Assembly: GCA_001819985.1 (NCBI GenBank)
Contig: MHOE01000025.1
Span: forward strand, 5,738 to 69,737
Source: Candidatus Spechtbacteria bacterium RIFCSPHIGHO2_02_FULL_43_15b
GTDB lineage: Bacteria > Patescibacteriota > Minisyncoccia > Spechtbacterales > HO2-43-30
DNA: 64,000 bases
Reading direction: 5' to 3'
Positions 27,422 to 37,052 of this stretch are shown here, one piece after another; position 1 is the first letter of the stretch; each line of letters opens with the position of its first letter. Below the pieces are notes generated by a model. The model was not told the origin of the DNA and did no database searches. It saw only the letters and a program-made list of their open reading frames with translations. The position numbers and the translations under genes were made by a program.

Positions 27422-28381
27422 CTAATCGAGAAACAGAGTCAAACACCTCGCCCCTCCGCCCGATTTTTCGAATTCCGATGTGTAAACCGGTATAATATCG
27501 TATCCGCGATCCCAAATAAATTTAAGAACCGCCTCGTAATCCTTTTCATGATCCAATAATTCTTTGTAGCGAATGTCCGTGCCATCTTTTGCCAAAAACC
27601 GTCCGTAGGCGCTCGACTCAAAGGATTCCGCGGAGTAATCGGAGAAATCAATATTTAGGAAAACAATATCTCCTAGATATACGCTGTTGCACACAAGGTG
27701 GTTGGCCAACGAATCGCTGACTTCAAATTTATCCTCGTTTAACTTTCGCAATTTATCCACGCTTTCTCCAGCGAAAGCTCCTGGATAGTAAATTATCGCG
27801 TTCTTATACCGCAAACTAAATACGCAGGTATCCGCGTGATAAAACGAGTCCCCAAGCAACCTAAGGGCAATAACTTCTTTCTCGAGCTGAAGCAATCTCT
27901 TCACATGCTCCGCGGCTTCGGGATAGGATCGTATGCCACACCCGAAGAGATAGTTTTTCGCCATGCTTATCCAATCACCCTGCCCTTCAACCTTGATTGA
28001 TTCCGGAATCTCAAATATATTTTCTTCGAGATAGCCAAGTTCCTTCAGGGCTTTTCGATATTCGAGTTTTTCAAGCTCTCTATTCGGGTGAAGAAAATTC
28101 GACAGTACCGCTTCGTTTCGCCCGGTTTTGACATTATACTGGCTAAGCGCGCCGTTTGCGGTAAAGCATAAATCGTGAAGATACTCATTTGGCTCCAGAA
28201 TATGAACCTGAAAGCCCAGACGCTGATAGTTGTTGAATAACGCTGTCCACTGGGCGTTAGCCAGCTTTTTATTCGGCTGGCGATTTACATTCATACGAGC
28301 GTTTTGACGACCCGGAATTTTGAAATATTCGGGATAACACATCAGCAACCTTATTCTTCTTGCCCTTTTATTCTCCAACAT
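27422..28381 (-). CDS. Amidinotransferase-superfamily hydrolase (DDAH / arginine-deiminase-like)
   Basis: The C-terminal catalytic GGGARC motif lies directly before the stop, as in DDAH/ADI enzymes. A strong AAGGAGG SD is present. Confidence 0.5.
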   Translation of the reverse strand: MLENKRARRIRLLMCYPEYFKIPGRQNARMNVNRQPNKKLANAQWTALFNNYQRLGFQVHILEPNEYLHDLCFTANGALSQYNVKTGRNEAVLSNFLHPNRELEKLEYRKALKELGYLEENIFEIPESIKVEGQGDWISMAKNYLFGCGIRSYPEAAEHVKRLLQLEKEVIALRLLGDSFYHADTCVFSLRYKNAIIYYPGAFAGESVDKLRKLNEDKFEVSDSLANHLVCNSVYLGDIVFLNIDFSDYSAESFESSAYGRFLAKDGTDIRYKELLDHEKDYEAVLKFIWDRGYDIIPVYTSEFEKSGGGARCLTLFLD

Positions 28382-28448
28382 TGTGCCGCCTCCTTATTGC
28401 CAGAATATTCGGAGAAATGCCTTGCCTAAACATATATCGAGCGGATGC

Positions 28449-28832
28449 TTAAACCGCCTCGGAATATCTATCCTCTTTTGACTCTCTACCAATTTTTTTC
28501 TTTTTTGCCGTCTGCTTATTTTTATACCTCTTTAATCTTCTTTGCATCTCATCCTTGGCCTCATCAATGCATTGATGAAGATCCCATTGCTTGGATTCGG
28601 TGCGCATACCTTCGGATCCCGGCAGTTTTATCTGGATTTCCGCGCGGTAAACATCTCCCTTGCTTTGCCCCATCAGCTTTTCCACTTCGACCCACGCCTC
28701 GACAGACGGATGTCCCGAATCGGCAAGATCCTTAACATTTATAAACTTTTCCAAAGAACCAACTTTCTCTTCGATGTAAGCAAAAACCGAACCGGAAAGT
28801 TTCAAATTTGTACTTTTTATCGTAATCTTCAT
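28449..28832 (-). CDS. hpf: Ribosome hibernation promoting factor / RaiA family
   Basis: The MKITIKSTNLKLSGSVFAYIEEKV start and the beta-alpha-beta-beta-beta-alpha core with a basic C-terminal tail fit the family. Confidence 0.8.
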   Translation of the reverse strand: MKITIKSTNLKLSGSVFAYIEEKVGSLEKFINVKDLADSGHPSVEAWVEVEKLMGQSKGDVYRAEIQIKLPGSEGMRTESKQWDLHQCIDEAKDEMQRRLKRYKNKQTAKKKKIGRESKEDRYSEAV

Positions 28833-28901
28833 GGTAATATTTTAATAAACTAAGTATATAAAAAATACGGATTAAGTCAAAGGTCAGAATGAAGAGTCGA
28901 A

Positions 28902-29861
28902 TTAAAACCCCACATATTGCACCTCTTCTTCCGCCACTATTTTGAAATGATGCAAAATCCTCTGCTTTGCCAAACTTATTAGCGTAACTACATCGTTTGC
29001 GCTTGCGTTGTCGTAATTGACAAAAAAATTCGGATGTTTGTCGCTAACCATTGCGCCGCCTATCCTGTAATTCTTTAGGTCGGCTTCGTCCAAAAAACAC
29101 GCCATCGGTATCACGGGAAACGGATCGTTTTTTATAAGATTTTTGAATCTGGGATATTTTTCAAAGTGCCGCGGGTTTATATCTTTAAGCTCCGCCGCTT
29201 TGAAAACGCTTCCGCAAGATCCGAATTCAAGCGGATGACGAGATGCCCTTAAAGCTATAGTGTCGCCGGAAAATTTCAAAAGCTTTTTCCTGTCGCCCCT
29301 TTTTAGCTGAATTGTAGCGGAAATAATCACAAGCCCGGGCATCTGCTTAAAAACACTGGTTCGGTAACCGAATTTGCATTCCTCGTTGTTTCTAACCCTT
29401 ATGTTTCCTTTTCTATCCATAAATCTGATTGATATTACAATATCTTTCATTTCACCGCCGAAAGCTCCGGCATTTCCCCGAACAGCGCCTCCCAATGTAC
29501 CCGGAATACCTGATGCCCACTCGATGCCTTGAAGGCCACTTGCTATGGCAATGTCAACAAAATTCTGCAGATCCATTCCCACACCCGCTTCAATTATTTC
29601 GCCTTCCATTTTGTATCCGCTATTGCGTACCCGTATAACCAAACCATCAAACCCCTTATCGGAAACAAGAATATTACTGCCCCCTCCCAAAATAAAATAA
29701 GGCAGGCCTCGTCGCCTCGCAAAAGCAAAGGCCTCTATTATTTCTTGTTCGTTTTGAGCATCGCAAAAAAATCTAGCCGACCCGCCGATTTTGTAAGTGG
29801 TGTAAACAGACAAAGGCACATTTTTTTGGATATCCAATATCATTTCGTTACATATTAGCAC
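28902..29861 (-). CDS. murB: UDP-N-acetylenolpyruvoylglucosamine reductase
   Basis: FAD-binding PCMH domain YTTYKIGGSARFF...ILGGGSNILVSD and a C-terminal MurB substrate domain. Confidence 0.85.
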   Translation of the reverse strand: MLICNEMILDIQKNVPLSVYTTYKIGGSARFFCDAQNEQEIIEAFAFARRRGLPYFILGGGSNILVSDKGFDGLVIRVRNSGYKMEGEIIEAGVGMDLQNFVDIAIASGLQGIEWASGIPGTLGGAVRGNAGAFGGEMKDIVISIRFMDRKGNIRVRNNEECKFGYRTSVFKQMPGLVIISATIQLKRGDRKKLLKFSGDTIALRASRHPLEFGSCGSVFKAAELKDINPRHFEKYPRFKNLIKNDPFPVIPMACFLDEADLKNYRIGGAMVSDKHPNFFVNYDNASANDVVTLISLAKQRILHHFKIVAEEEVQYVGF

Positions 29862-29880
29862 GATTTGTCAACAAAAAAAA

Positions 29881-29927
29881 GCAGGGACGAACTTTGCGCT
29901 TATTAACGCGGCGTTCGTAACCCCTGC
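29881..29927 (-). terminator. Intrinsic terminator downstream of the 29944-30429 gene
   Basis: GCAGGGACGAAC...GTTCGTAACCCCTGC stem followed, on the minus transcript, by U8. Confidence 0.55.
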
Positions 29928-29943
29928 TATAATTGATACTAGC

Positions 29944-30429
29944 TCAAGAGCTCTTTTCGGAATTCAAAGCTGAATCGACCACATCAGCTATCAGCTTTAG
30001 GCTGTAGCTGGCAGAATTTTTGTCGCTATCGCTTATGCCGGACCTTGCCTGTAAACACATTAACTTCACGGATTCTGGAACGCGCTCGTCATTTTCAAGA
30101 GGCAATTTCGTATCGAGCGCTCTCCTTATGTATGTGATCACCACCGCCAATTTTATTCTTGCGGCGTTTTTCGCCCATTTATTCGCTTCCCCTTCCTGCA
30201 ATAAATCTGCGACTAAATCCGACACCTCTGGCGAAATCACTCTCTCGCCATTTACATAATCCTGTCTTGCGCTATGTCTTACGCTAATCAGGACACTTTC
30301 AATATAGATCGCTAAATCCAAACAACCCTTGCAAACTCTTAAATGCTCGACTAGATTATTTCTATCATCCGAATTTTTTCCAAAAACTTTGCGTGTTAGC
30401 AAATTGCTATACAAAATACTACAACTCAT
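29944..30429 (-). CDS. Hypothetical protein (161 aa), translationally coupled to the upstream zinc-ribbon gene
   Basis: Its ATG shares the A of the upstream TAA stop (TAATG). The 212-aa ORF-track call extends it upstream in a different frame from the zinc-ribbon ORF. Confidence 0.4.
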   Translation of the reverse strand: MSCSILYSNLLTRKVFGKNSDDRNNLVEHLRVCKGCLDLAIYIESVLISVRHSARQDYVNGERVISPEVSDLVADLLQEGEANKWAKNAARIKLAVVITYIRRALDTKLPLENDERVPESVKLMCLQARSGISDSDKNSASYSLKLIADVVDSALNSEKSS

Positions 30430-30719
30430 TACGCCTCCATTTGCGAATTTCTCATAACTTGCGCGTCCGTTTCCTCCGGTATGCCCAAATGGGCTTTCAA
30501 GGTACTTAATAGAACATGCAACCTCCGACCCTGCGGAGAATCCGGACTTACATAGAGCATATCGCATGCCATATTGGAACACTTCGGAAGCTTAACATTT
30601 CCGAGCTGAAGAACTTCGGACCGATCTCCAAACCTTACCGCCAAACTTTCCGCGGCCAGTATCTTTTCACTGCCGCACTTCGTGCAAAATCCCAGTTTAA
30701 ACTTATCTTCCAATTCCAT
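30429..30719 (-). CDS. Small zinc-ribbon protein (CxxC-x27-C-x4-C)
   Basis: 96 aa with CTKCGSEK ... KCSNMAC. Confidence 0.4.
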   Translation of the reverse strand: MELEDKFKLGFCTKCGSEKILAAESLAVRFGDRSEVLQLGNVKLPKCSNMACDMLYVSPDSPQGRRLHVLLSTLKAHLGIPEETDAQVMRNSQMEA

Positions 30720-30896
30720 TACTCCCTCCGCTACGCTTTGAAGTTCAATTTAATGTAACACCCTAGCCACTTCGTGTCGAGTGGTGACTGTTGCTCACTT
30801 CTCTATTGCTATCCAAAATCCTCACTCCAATCATAGTAATATAGTATAAAAATCAAAGCGAGGCCAAATTAAACAAACAAACCAAGCACCCTCCCC

Positions 30897-32690
30897 CTAC
30901 CGAACCGCCGGCCCTTCCACATACCAATTGAGTTCCGATGTGTTTATCACACGCACCATATCCCATTTCCTGCCCCTTATCAAAAATTCTTCCGCGCTCA
31001 TATCAAGCCAATGGCGAGTGCCATCGCCGTTTATTTCGTAAACTTTCGTATCACTATCCGCACGAACAAGCCACGAATCTTCATAAAGATCCAGCGTTTC
31101 TGGTGATACTTCACTGACTGCCGCGAAACTAAAATGGCCATAGAAATTAAAAATTTCCGCGGATTGTATCCATCTTTTGTACCTACCATTTATAACATAA
31201 ACTTTGTAATCATTGCTTGCTCGGATAAGAGTGCCGTCAGCCAGATTTGGTAATAACGCTTTTTCATTCCCCCCTAAAATAGAAAACGGTAATGTTGTAG
31301 AACCCGATGATAACTCGAAATCAGTAATCGTCGCCGCGTTAAAATTATAACGCGTGCTGTTTCCCCTACCCAACCCACCCCTATACTGCGCCTGATTTGA
31401 AGGAATGATAACGATCCTAGAAGTGTCAAATCCAAAATTTTTAATGTAGAAACTGCCCGAACCGCTGTTTATTTCAATTTCGCCCGTTTCCTTCACCTTC
31501 AAACCGTCGCTTCCGTAGGTCACATAAGGTACGCGGAATTTGCTGTTTTGAGGCGCGAAAAAATCGAAACGAAAAATATGATCCGCGGGCCTTTCGTTTT
31601 TAAGGCCCGTTTCAAATTCAAACCAAAAACTTCTCCAGTCCTCCGTGGATCTTTCAGAACTTACAGTATCACTTTCCACTCCAGAACCGCTAAAAGTCAC
31701 ATGAATATCGCTATATTTTAGATTTGGATTGTTATAACAGTATGTGTTTATGGGCTCTACTTCACAACTATTTACGAGGTTGGCGATTGTCCAGTTCGTG
31801 TAAACATCCGCAAATTCTTCACTAAAACCAAATACGCGAAGCGCCGCGTTAAAGCTTTCTATTCCAACGAGATTATTTTCGGTCATAGAAGCTATAACCG
31901 ACCTCCCGTAATGATCGAGTACATACTGGCCGAAAAGATTTATCGAAGCATAATCCTTCTCCTCTGCCTCCCAATTTAATATCGCATCCGAAAAATTTTT
32001 CATAAACGATTTCGTCCTCGCTTCCAGGTTGCTGTTGGTATAGACGAACGCACCGTCGTATCCAACGAGAGTAGGAGCGATCTCTGAACGAAGTTCATTA
32101 AGCCATACCTCTTCCTGAACATTATGCTTTATAGTTTTTTGATTAAAAGTTATAAGATGCTGAAATTCATGCGCTAAAAAAGACCTCATTCTCTCACTAT
32201 AAGAATACGCCGCGTTTAAGTACACCATCTCGCGCTCATTCGAATCCGCGTATAATGACTTCAGAAAACCGTCTTGTTCCCTGAAATACCCGCCCGCGCC
32301 GTCGATCATCTTTGTCATAAGAACAGTAATCTTTGAATTGCCGTCCACGCCGGGTTTATTCTCCGAACCGAATACCGAGACTAACCCGGGATAAATAACA
32401 GTGTCAAACTGATTTGAAAGCTCTTCCACATCAGCTGACAAAATGTCCCTTTCTCTGAAACCAAGAGAATTCCAATAGTCGTCGGCTACATAAAATTTTC
32501 CGTTTATCCCTTCGTGGCGCAAAGTAGCGTTTACTTCGCCTCTTCCATCCCAATCAAAAGAACCGTCAACTCGAAACTTTAGGGTTTCGGCGTAAGCAAA
32601 AGATGCATACCAAAATGATATGCCCGCTAAAACAACTGCCCCGAAAATTGTTAACCTGCCGGAGATCAAAGTATTGAACAATATTAACAC
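30897..32690 (-). CDS. Secreted putative zinc metallopeptidase (HExxH) with C-terminal tandem repeats
   Basis: Signal peptide, LAHEFQHL HExxH motif with a downstream NELRSE candidate third ligand, and two ~40-aa C-terminal repeats (KVYVINGRYKRWIQSAE / KVYEINGDGTRHWLDMSAE). Confidence 0.4.
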   Translation of the reverse strand: MLILFNTLISGRLTIFGAVVLAGISFWYASFAYAETLKFRVDGSFDWDGRGEVNATLRHEGINGKFYVADDYWNSLGFRERDILSADVEELSNQFDTVIYPGLVSVFGSENKPGVDGNSKITVLMTKMIDGAGGYFREQDGFLKSLYADSNEREMVYLNAAYSYSERMRSFLAHEFQHLITFNQKTIKHNVQEEVWLNELRSEIAPTLVGYDGAFVYTNSNLEARTKSFMKNFSDAILNWEAEEKDYASINLFGQYVLDHYGRSVIASMTENNLVGIESFNAALRVFGFSEEFADVYTNWTIANLVNSCEVEPINTYCYNNPNLKYSDIHVTFSGSGVESDTVSSERSTEDWRSFWFEFETGLKNERPADHIFRFDFFAPQNSKFRVPYVTYGSDGLKVKETGEIEINSGSGSFYIKNFGFDTSRIVIIPSNQAQYRGGLGRGNSTRYNFNAATITDFELSSGSTTLPFSILGGNEKALLPNLADGTLIRASNDYKVYVINGRYKRWIQSAEIFNFYGHFSFAAVSEVSPETLDLYEDSWLVRADSDTKVYEINGDGTRHWLDMSAEEFLIRGRKWDMVRVINTSELNWYVEGPAVR

Positions 32691-32694
32691 GCGT

Positions 32695-34989
32695 TTATTT
32701 AGTTATTACCCGATCCTCTAACTGCCTAGCAACATCTTCTAATTCCCTCGCCTCTGTCTCGTTGCCGTTTTTTCTGTATAAATCGCCAAGTTTTTTAAAA
32801 TATCTCGGTTCTTCAAGATTATTTTCAACTATCCTGGAATACCAAAATATAGCCCTTTCATATTCCTTTAATTTTTCAAAAACATAGGAAATATCCTCAA
32901 ATTCATCAATGCCCTCCGGCAAATACCCCAAAGATAAACCTTTCTCAAGCTCAGTACGGGCATATTCATACTCGCCGGATCCGGAATGCACATCGAAGAG
33001 CTGTAGGTGCGGGTTTACATAAAGCGGCTCTAACGAAGTTGCCTTATCCAAAAACTCCACGGCTTTCTTATAATCGCCCGTGGAAAGATAAATTTGCGCG
33101 AGAGATGAATAGGTTTGCTGATTATTGGGGCTCATTTCCATGGCATCTTCGAATGTTTTCTTTGCTTTATCCAAATATGTGGCATCGTACCTTCTCGCGT
33201 TGAAGTAAAGAGTCGCAAGTATCATCCTATCCCTATAATCAAGCGGGTTTTCTTTTATAGCGGTTCTTTCCATTATTTCCACGACATCGAACACGAATTC
33301 CGGAGTTGGAGTATCACCAGCCCTCAAACCCTTCAAGGTATTGTTTGAGAAAAATTCAGGTATTTGCCTGTTGCCCAAAGACGATACTGACAAACTTTTC
33401 TTGTATAACTCCAAACGATCTTCCGGAGGAAGCGCTGACGCATTCGCAATCAAACCCCAGCGCGCCACCTCTAATGATTGAACTCCAAAAGAAAATAACG
33501 AGTAAACCAGCAATATGCCGCATAATGTCAGCGATAGCGGGTTTACTATCAGAGAACCGCGCGCCTCCAATTTATCTTCGCCTTCCGAAACTTCACCGCT
33601 CCTCATTCCAGATACGAAAGCTAAAATAAACACAAACATCAGATATGTGTTTATCATATCGAACACTAGAAAGTTCTGCACGAAATAACTCGCTAAAGCC
33701 GTTACTATTATTGATGGAAACAGCCAGTCGGCCTTGCGCGTTATATCCGAACCGTCGTCTCTTTTCCCTTTTCTTAATATCCAGCGTTTAATAAGAAAAT
33801 AACCGACCGCGATGTAAATAAACATATAGCTTATAAGCCCGACAAAACCCGAATTTACAAGCTGATCCAAAACTATGTTGTGAGTTCTGTCATACCATAT
33901 TTCTCCTCCGCATTCAGATAATGGCAAGCACGGATTAAAGTATTGCGTGAACACGACATTAAAATTTTCAGGGCCCCACCCGAGAACAGGCCTTTCTTTA
34001 ATTCCCTGCAAAGCTATATCCCAAACTACTTTTCTCGCCCCTATCGTACCCTCCCTTGAAAAAAAATAAGGAAGTTTGCTTATTACGGCCTGGTTTTGCG
34101 TAAATGTTCCCCAAGCTATCACGCCGCCTACTGAAATCCCCAACACTATAAGCACCACCGCGATTGCCCTTGAAAAAGGTATTTTCTTTTCGAAAAATAG
34201 CCAAAATATCAATATCAAGAAAAATCCTCCGATCATTGAAACCAAAGCTCCGTAAGCAGTCGAGATAAAAATCGTAAACACAACCAAACAAACGCAAACG
34301 GCATAAAAACTTTTTAGCCATTGCCTGTTTTCTTTAATAATGAGCCAGATACTCAAGAAAACGCTAAACAAAAGATACGCCGACATAAAACTTGAGTTTC
34401 CTATTGTCGAACCTTTACGGCTGTCGAATGAGATCAGGGATAAATTTTCGTTTACTTTTGGCAGTAAAAGCGCCAAACTAACTACCGTCGAAGCAAAAAG
34501 CACTCCCCCGACAAGCCGCTTCCACTCTTTCTCGGTTCTAAATGTCGAGCTTACGGCGATGAAATAAAGAACCAAGTGAACCCAGTTCACTATTCCCGCC
34601 ATTCTCTCAAGCGTACTCCAAAAACTGCGCTCTATATTGATTCCGGTAAATGAAGTTAATATGGCAACTCCCAAAAAAACAAAAACTGAAATGCTAACTA
34701 AATTCCAGCGAGGCCTGAACTGACGATTGGATATGGCGAGCACGACCCATGCCGCGAAAATAATTTCCGCGATCATCCAAAAAAATACCGTTTTAGGCAC
34801 GACAAAAGGAAAGAAAAATTCCGAAGAAACAACAACCGGCGTAAATAAAGAAGCATAAGCCCCCCATTCGATAATTTTTTTCAAAAACGAAGCAAGACCC
34901 GAATCTTTGCTTGACGAATCCTCCGACGATTGAACTTTCGCGATATTTTCCTGTTTGCGTTTTTTCTTCCTTGAAGATTTGTGGCTCAC
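32695..34989 (-). CDS. O-antigen ligase/Wzy-like polytopic membrane protein with C-terminal TPR repeats
   Basis: ~12 TM helices with a Wzy_C-like loop, and a soluble C-terminal ~250 aa with TPR-like repeats. Confidence 0.55.
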   Translation of the reverse strand: MSHKSSRKKKRKQENIAKVQSSEDSSSKDSGLASFLKKIIEWGAYASLFTPVVVSSEFFFPFVVPKTVFFWMIAEIIFAAWVVLAISNRQFRPRWNLVSISVFVFLGVAILTSFTGINIERSFWSTLERMAGIVNWVHLVLYFIAVSSTFRTEKEWKRLVGGVLFASTVVSLALLLPKVNENLSLISFDSRKGSTIGNSSFMSAYLLFSVFLSIWLIIKENRQWLKSFYAVCVCLVVFTIFISTAYGALVSMIGGFFLILIFWLFFEKKIPFSRAIAVVLIVLGISVGGVIAWGTFTQNQAVISKLPYFFSREGTIGARKVVWDIALQGIKERPVLGWGPENFNVVFTQYFNPCLPLSECGGEIWYDRTHNIVLDQLVNSGFVGLISYMFIYIAVGYFLIKRWILRKGKRDDGSDITRKADWLFPSIIVTALASYFVQNFLVFDMINTYLMFVFILAFVSGMRSGEVSEGEDKLEARGSLIVNPLSLTLCGILLVYSLFSFGVQSLEVARWGLIANASALPPEDRLELYKKSLSVSSLGNRQIPEFFSNNTLKGLRAGDTPTPEFVFDVVEIMERTAIKENPLDYRDRMILATLYFNARRYDATYLDKAKKTFEDAMEMSPNNQQTYSSLAQIYLSTGDYKKAVEFLDKATSLEPLYVNPHLQLFDVHSGSGEYEYARTELEKGLSLGYLPEGIDEFEDISYVFEKLKEYERAIFWYSRIVENNLEEPRYFKKLGDLYRKNGNETEARELEDVARQLEDRVITK

Positions 34990-35044
34990 AAAGTTAACTT
35001 AATAGCGAAAATTTTAAGATAAACTGAAAATTCAAATGCGAATT

Positions 35045-35899
35045 TTATTTTATCCTTTGAGTTTTCTCTTTAGAATTTAACAATTCCTCATTTATCCCAT
35101 CCACGACTTTATGGAGTTTCAAATCCACTCCCTGCTCGCCCGCGAACTGTATGAATGTCTTTATATCTTTTGGCAGACAAGCTCCTGAATATCCCCGGAA
35201 ACCTCCATGCCAAACATCAAAATGGCTGTCGCATATTCTTTTATCCTGGGTAAACCCCTTGCGCACAATATCGTAATCCGCTCCTATTTTTTGACATACA
35301 TCGTATATTTGATTGGCAAATATCACTTTCATTGAATAATAATTGTTTATAGAATACTTTATAAACTCCGCTTCAAGCGCGGGTATTACCATTGGCTTGT
35401 TCTTTTTAACAAAGGGTTTCGGCAATAATTTGATAACCTCTTTAGCAATCTTTTTCCCTTTGTCGTCGGCATAACCAATAATCTGCTTGTCCGGATTCTG
35501 AAAATCTTTTTTCGCCACAGCCGCGGTCAAAAATTCCGGATTAAACAATATCGTTACGGACGGGTATTTCTTTTGGAGATGCTCGACAGTTCCCGGCGAT
35601 ATGGTTGATTTTATAACCACAACGCGTCCTGCCGGAATCTTGGCAAGATTCTCTTCGATCGCGGAAATATCAGCGCCGCGAAAAACACCGCCAGTATTCT
35701 TGCTAGAGAAGGGGGTGGGAAGACACACAAAAATAATCGGCTGATTAACCACTTCTTCAAACGAATTACCCGCGTCTTTGTATTTATCCCAAATCTTTGC
35801 TTTTTTGAAATAATTCTTGATTGCACCGCCGACAAAACCGGCGCCTATTATTCCTATGTCGGTTTGTTTATACATAGATAAAATTTGAAATCGAAACAA
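35045..35899 (-). CDS. Nucleotide-sugar dehydrogenase family protein (UDP-glucose/GDP-mannose dehydrogenase-like), lacking the C-terminal UDP-binding domain
   Basis: Rossmann GIIGAGFVGG and catalytic motif GYSGACLPKD are present, but the protein stops ~55 aa after the catalytic Cys. Confidence 0.5.
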   Translation of the reverse strand: MFRFQILSMYKQTDIGIIGAGFVGGAIKNYFKKAKIWDKYKDAGNSFEEVVNQPIIFVCLPTPFSSKNTGGVFRGADISAIEENLAKIPAGRVVVIKSTISPGTVEHLQKKYPSVTILFNPEFLTAAVAKKDFQNPDKQIIGYADDKGKKIAKEVIKLLPKPFVKKNKPMVIPALEAEFIKYSINNYYSMKVIFANQIYDVCQKIGADYDIVRKGFTQDKRICDSHFDVWHGGFRGYSGACLPKDIKTFIQFAGEQGVDLKLHKVVDGINEELLNSKEKTQRIK

Positions 35900-36008
35900 T
35901 AAATCCGAAATAAATTCAGATTTTCAAAATCCTAATCGCTTCAACTGCTATTTTCGTCATGCGACAATTTGGTTTTGATGTTATTTCGAATTTCGATGTT
36001 AGGATTTA

Positions 36009-36899
36009 CTAATTAAACGAAATTTTTCCTATCCCTTCTTTCAGCGTCACCTTAGGTTCCCAACCCAATATCCTTTTTGCTTTTTTAATATCGGCGAAAC
36101 TATTCCTTATCTCTCCGGCTCTTTCTTTTATATGCACAATATCTCCCCCTATCAATTCCGCGAGTTCCATTATACTGCGGCTGTCGCCCGCTCCTATGTT
36201 TGCGACTTCCCCTCCTCCTTTAATTTTTTCCGAAGAAGCAAGTATATTGGCCTCAACAACATCGGATACATAGGTAAAATCTCTCTTCTGGAGACCGTCA
36301 CCTACGATAGTCAATGCCTCGCCATTATTCTTCTGCCTTAAAAAAGTTGCGACCACAGCCGCATAATCGCCTCCTTTCATCCTCGAGCCATATACATTGA
36401 AATATCGAAGTATTATTGTATCAAGCCCAAATAAATTAGTAAATTGTCGGCACAGTTGTTCGCCTACTAATTTAGAGATTGCGTAGGGGCTAAGAGGATC
36501 GGGGCATAAATCTTCTTTTGCGGGCAGGGTTTTTTGATTCCCATACACGGAAGACGAAGCGCTGTATATTACCCGCCGCACTCCGTTATCTCGCGAAGCC
36601 AGCAAAACATTCAAAGTCCCCATTATATTGGATTTGAATGTTGAAGCTGGATCGCTTATGGATCTTGGCACGCTTGGTATCGCCGCCATATGAAACACGA
36701 CCTCCTTATTCTTAAAAGCCGATTTTATGGAATCCAAATCCGAAATATCCAATTCCAAAAACTCTGCCTGCCCGTTTATATTTTCTCTTTTGCCGGTCGA
36801 AAGATTGTCTAGAATAGAAACCGTATGCCCTTCCGAAATTAGACGATCAACGAGGTTCGAACCTATAAATCCGGCCCCGCCGGTAACTAGAATTTTCAT
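36009..36899 (-). CDS. NAD-dependent nucleotide-sugar epimerase/dehydratase (extended SDR)
   Basis: MKILVTGGAGFIGSNL and a YxxxK active site in a 296-aa protein. Confidence 0.75.
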   Translation of the reverse strand: MKILVTGGAGFIGSNLVDRLISEGHTVSILDNLSTGKRENINGQAEFLELDISDLDSIKSAFKNKEVVFHMAAIPSVPRSISDPASTFKSNIMGTLNVLLASRDNGVRRVIYSASSSVYGNQKTLPAKEDLCPDPLSPYAISKLVGEQLCRQFTNLFGLDTIILRYFNVYGSRMKGGDYAAVVATFLRQKNNGEALTIVGDGLQKRDFTYVSDVVEANILASSEKIKGGGEVANIGAGDSRSIMELAELIGGDIVHIKERAGEIRNSFADIKKAKRILGWEPKVTLKEGIGKISFN

Positions 36900-36934
36900 T
36901 ATATGTTATTTGTTTGGTGCCGAAAGCTAGGCAC

Positions 36935-37005
36935 AAAACAAAAATCAGCAATACTGCATATATTAAAACTCAAAACCTTAAACCTAATACTTAGAATAAT
37001 AGATA
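36935..37005. repeat. Family R intergenic element in the divergent promoter region
   Basis: ACTCAAAACCTTAAACCTAATAC is homologous to the right arm of the 4838 element. Confidence 0.4.
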
Positions 37006-37052
37006 TTTACAAAACATACAATCCCCCGCTAGAATAAAGCAAAAGTAACAAA

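Noticed and set aside
29862-29880. A TTGACA-containing stretch upstream of murB as a promoter.
   Set aside because: No acceptable -10 hexamer lies at 16-18 nt spacing, and the TTGACA is part of the terminator A/T run.
30430-30582. The N-terminal 51 codons of the 212-aa ORF.
   Set aside because: They overlap the zinc-ribbon ORF in another frame. A TAATG stop/start junction gives a cleaner two-gene model.
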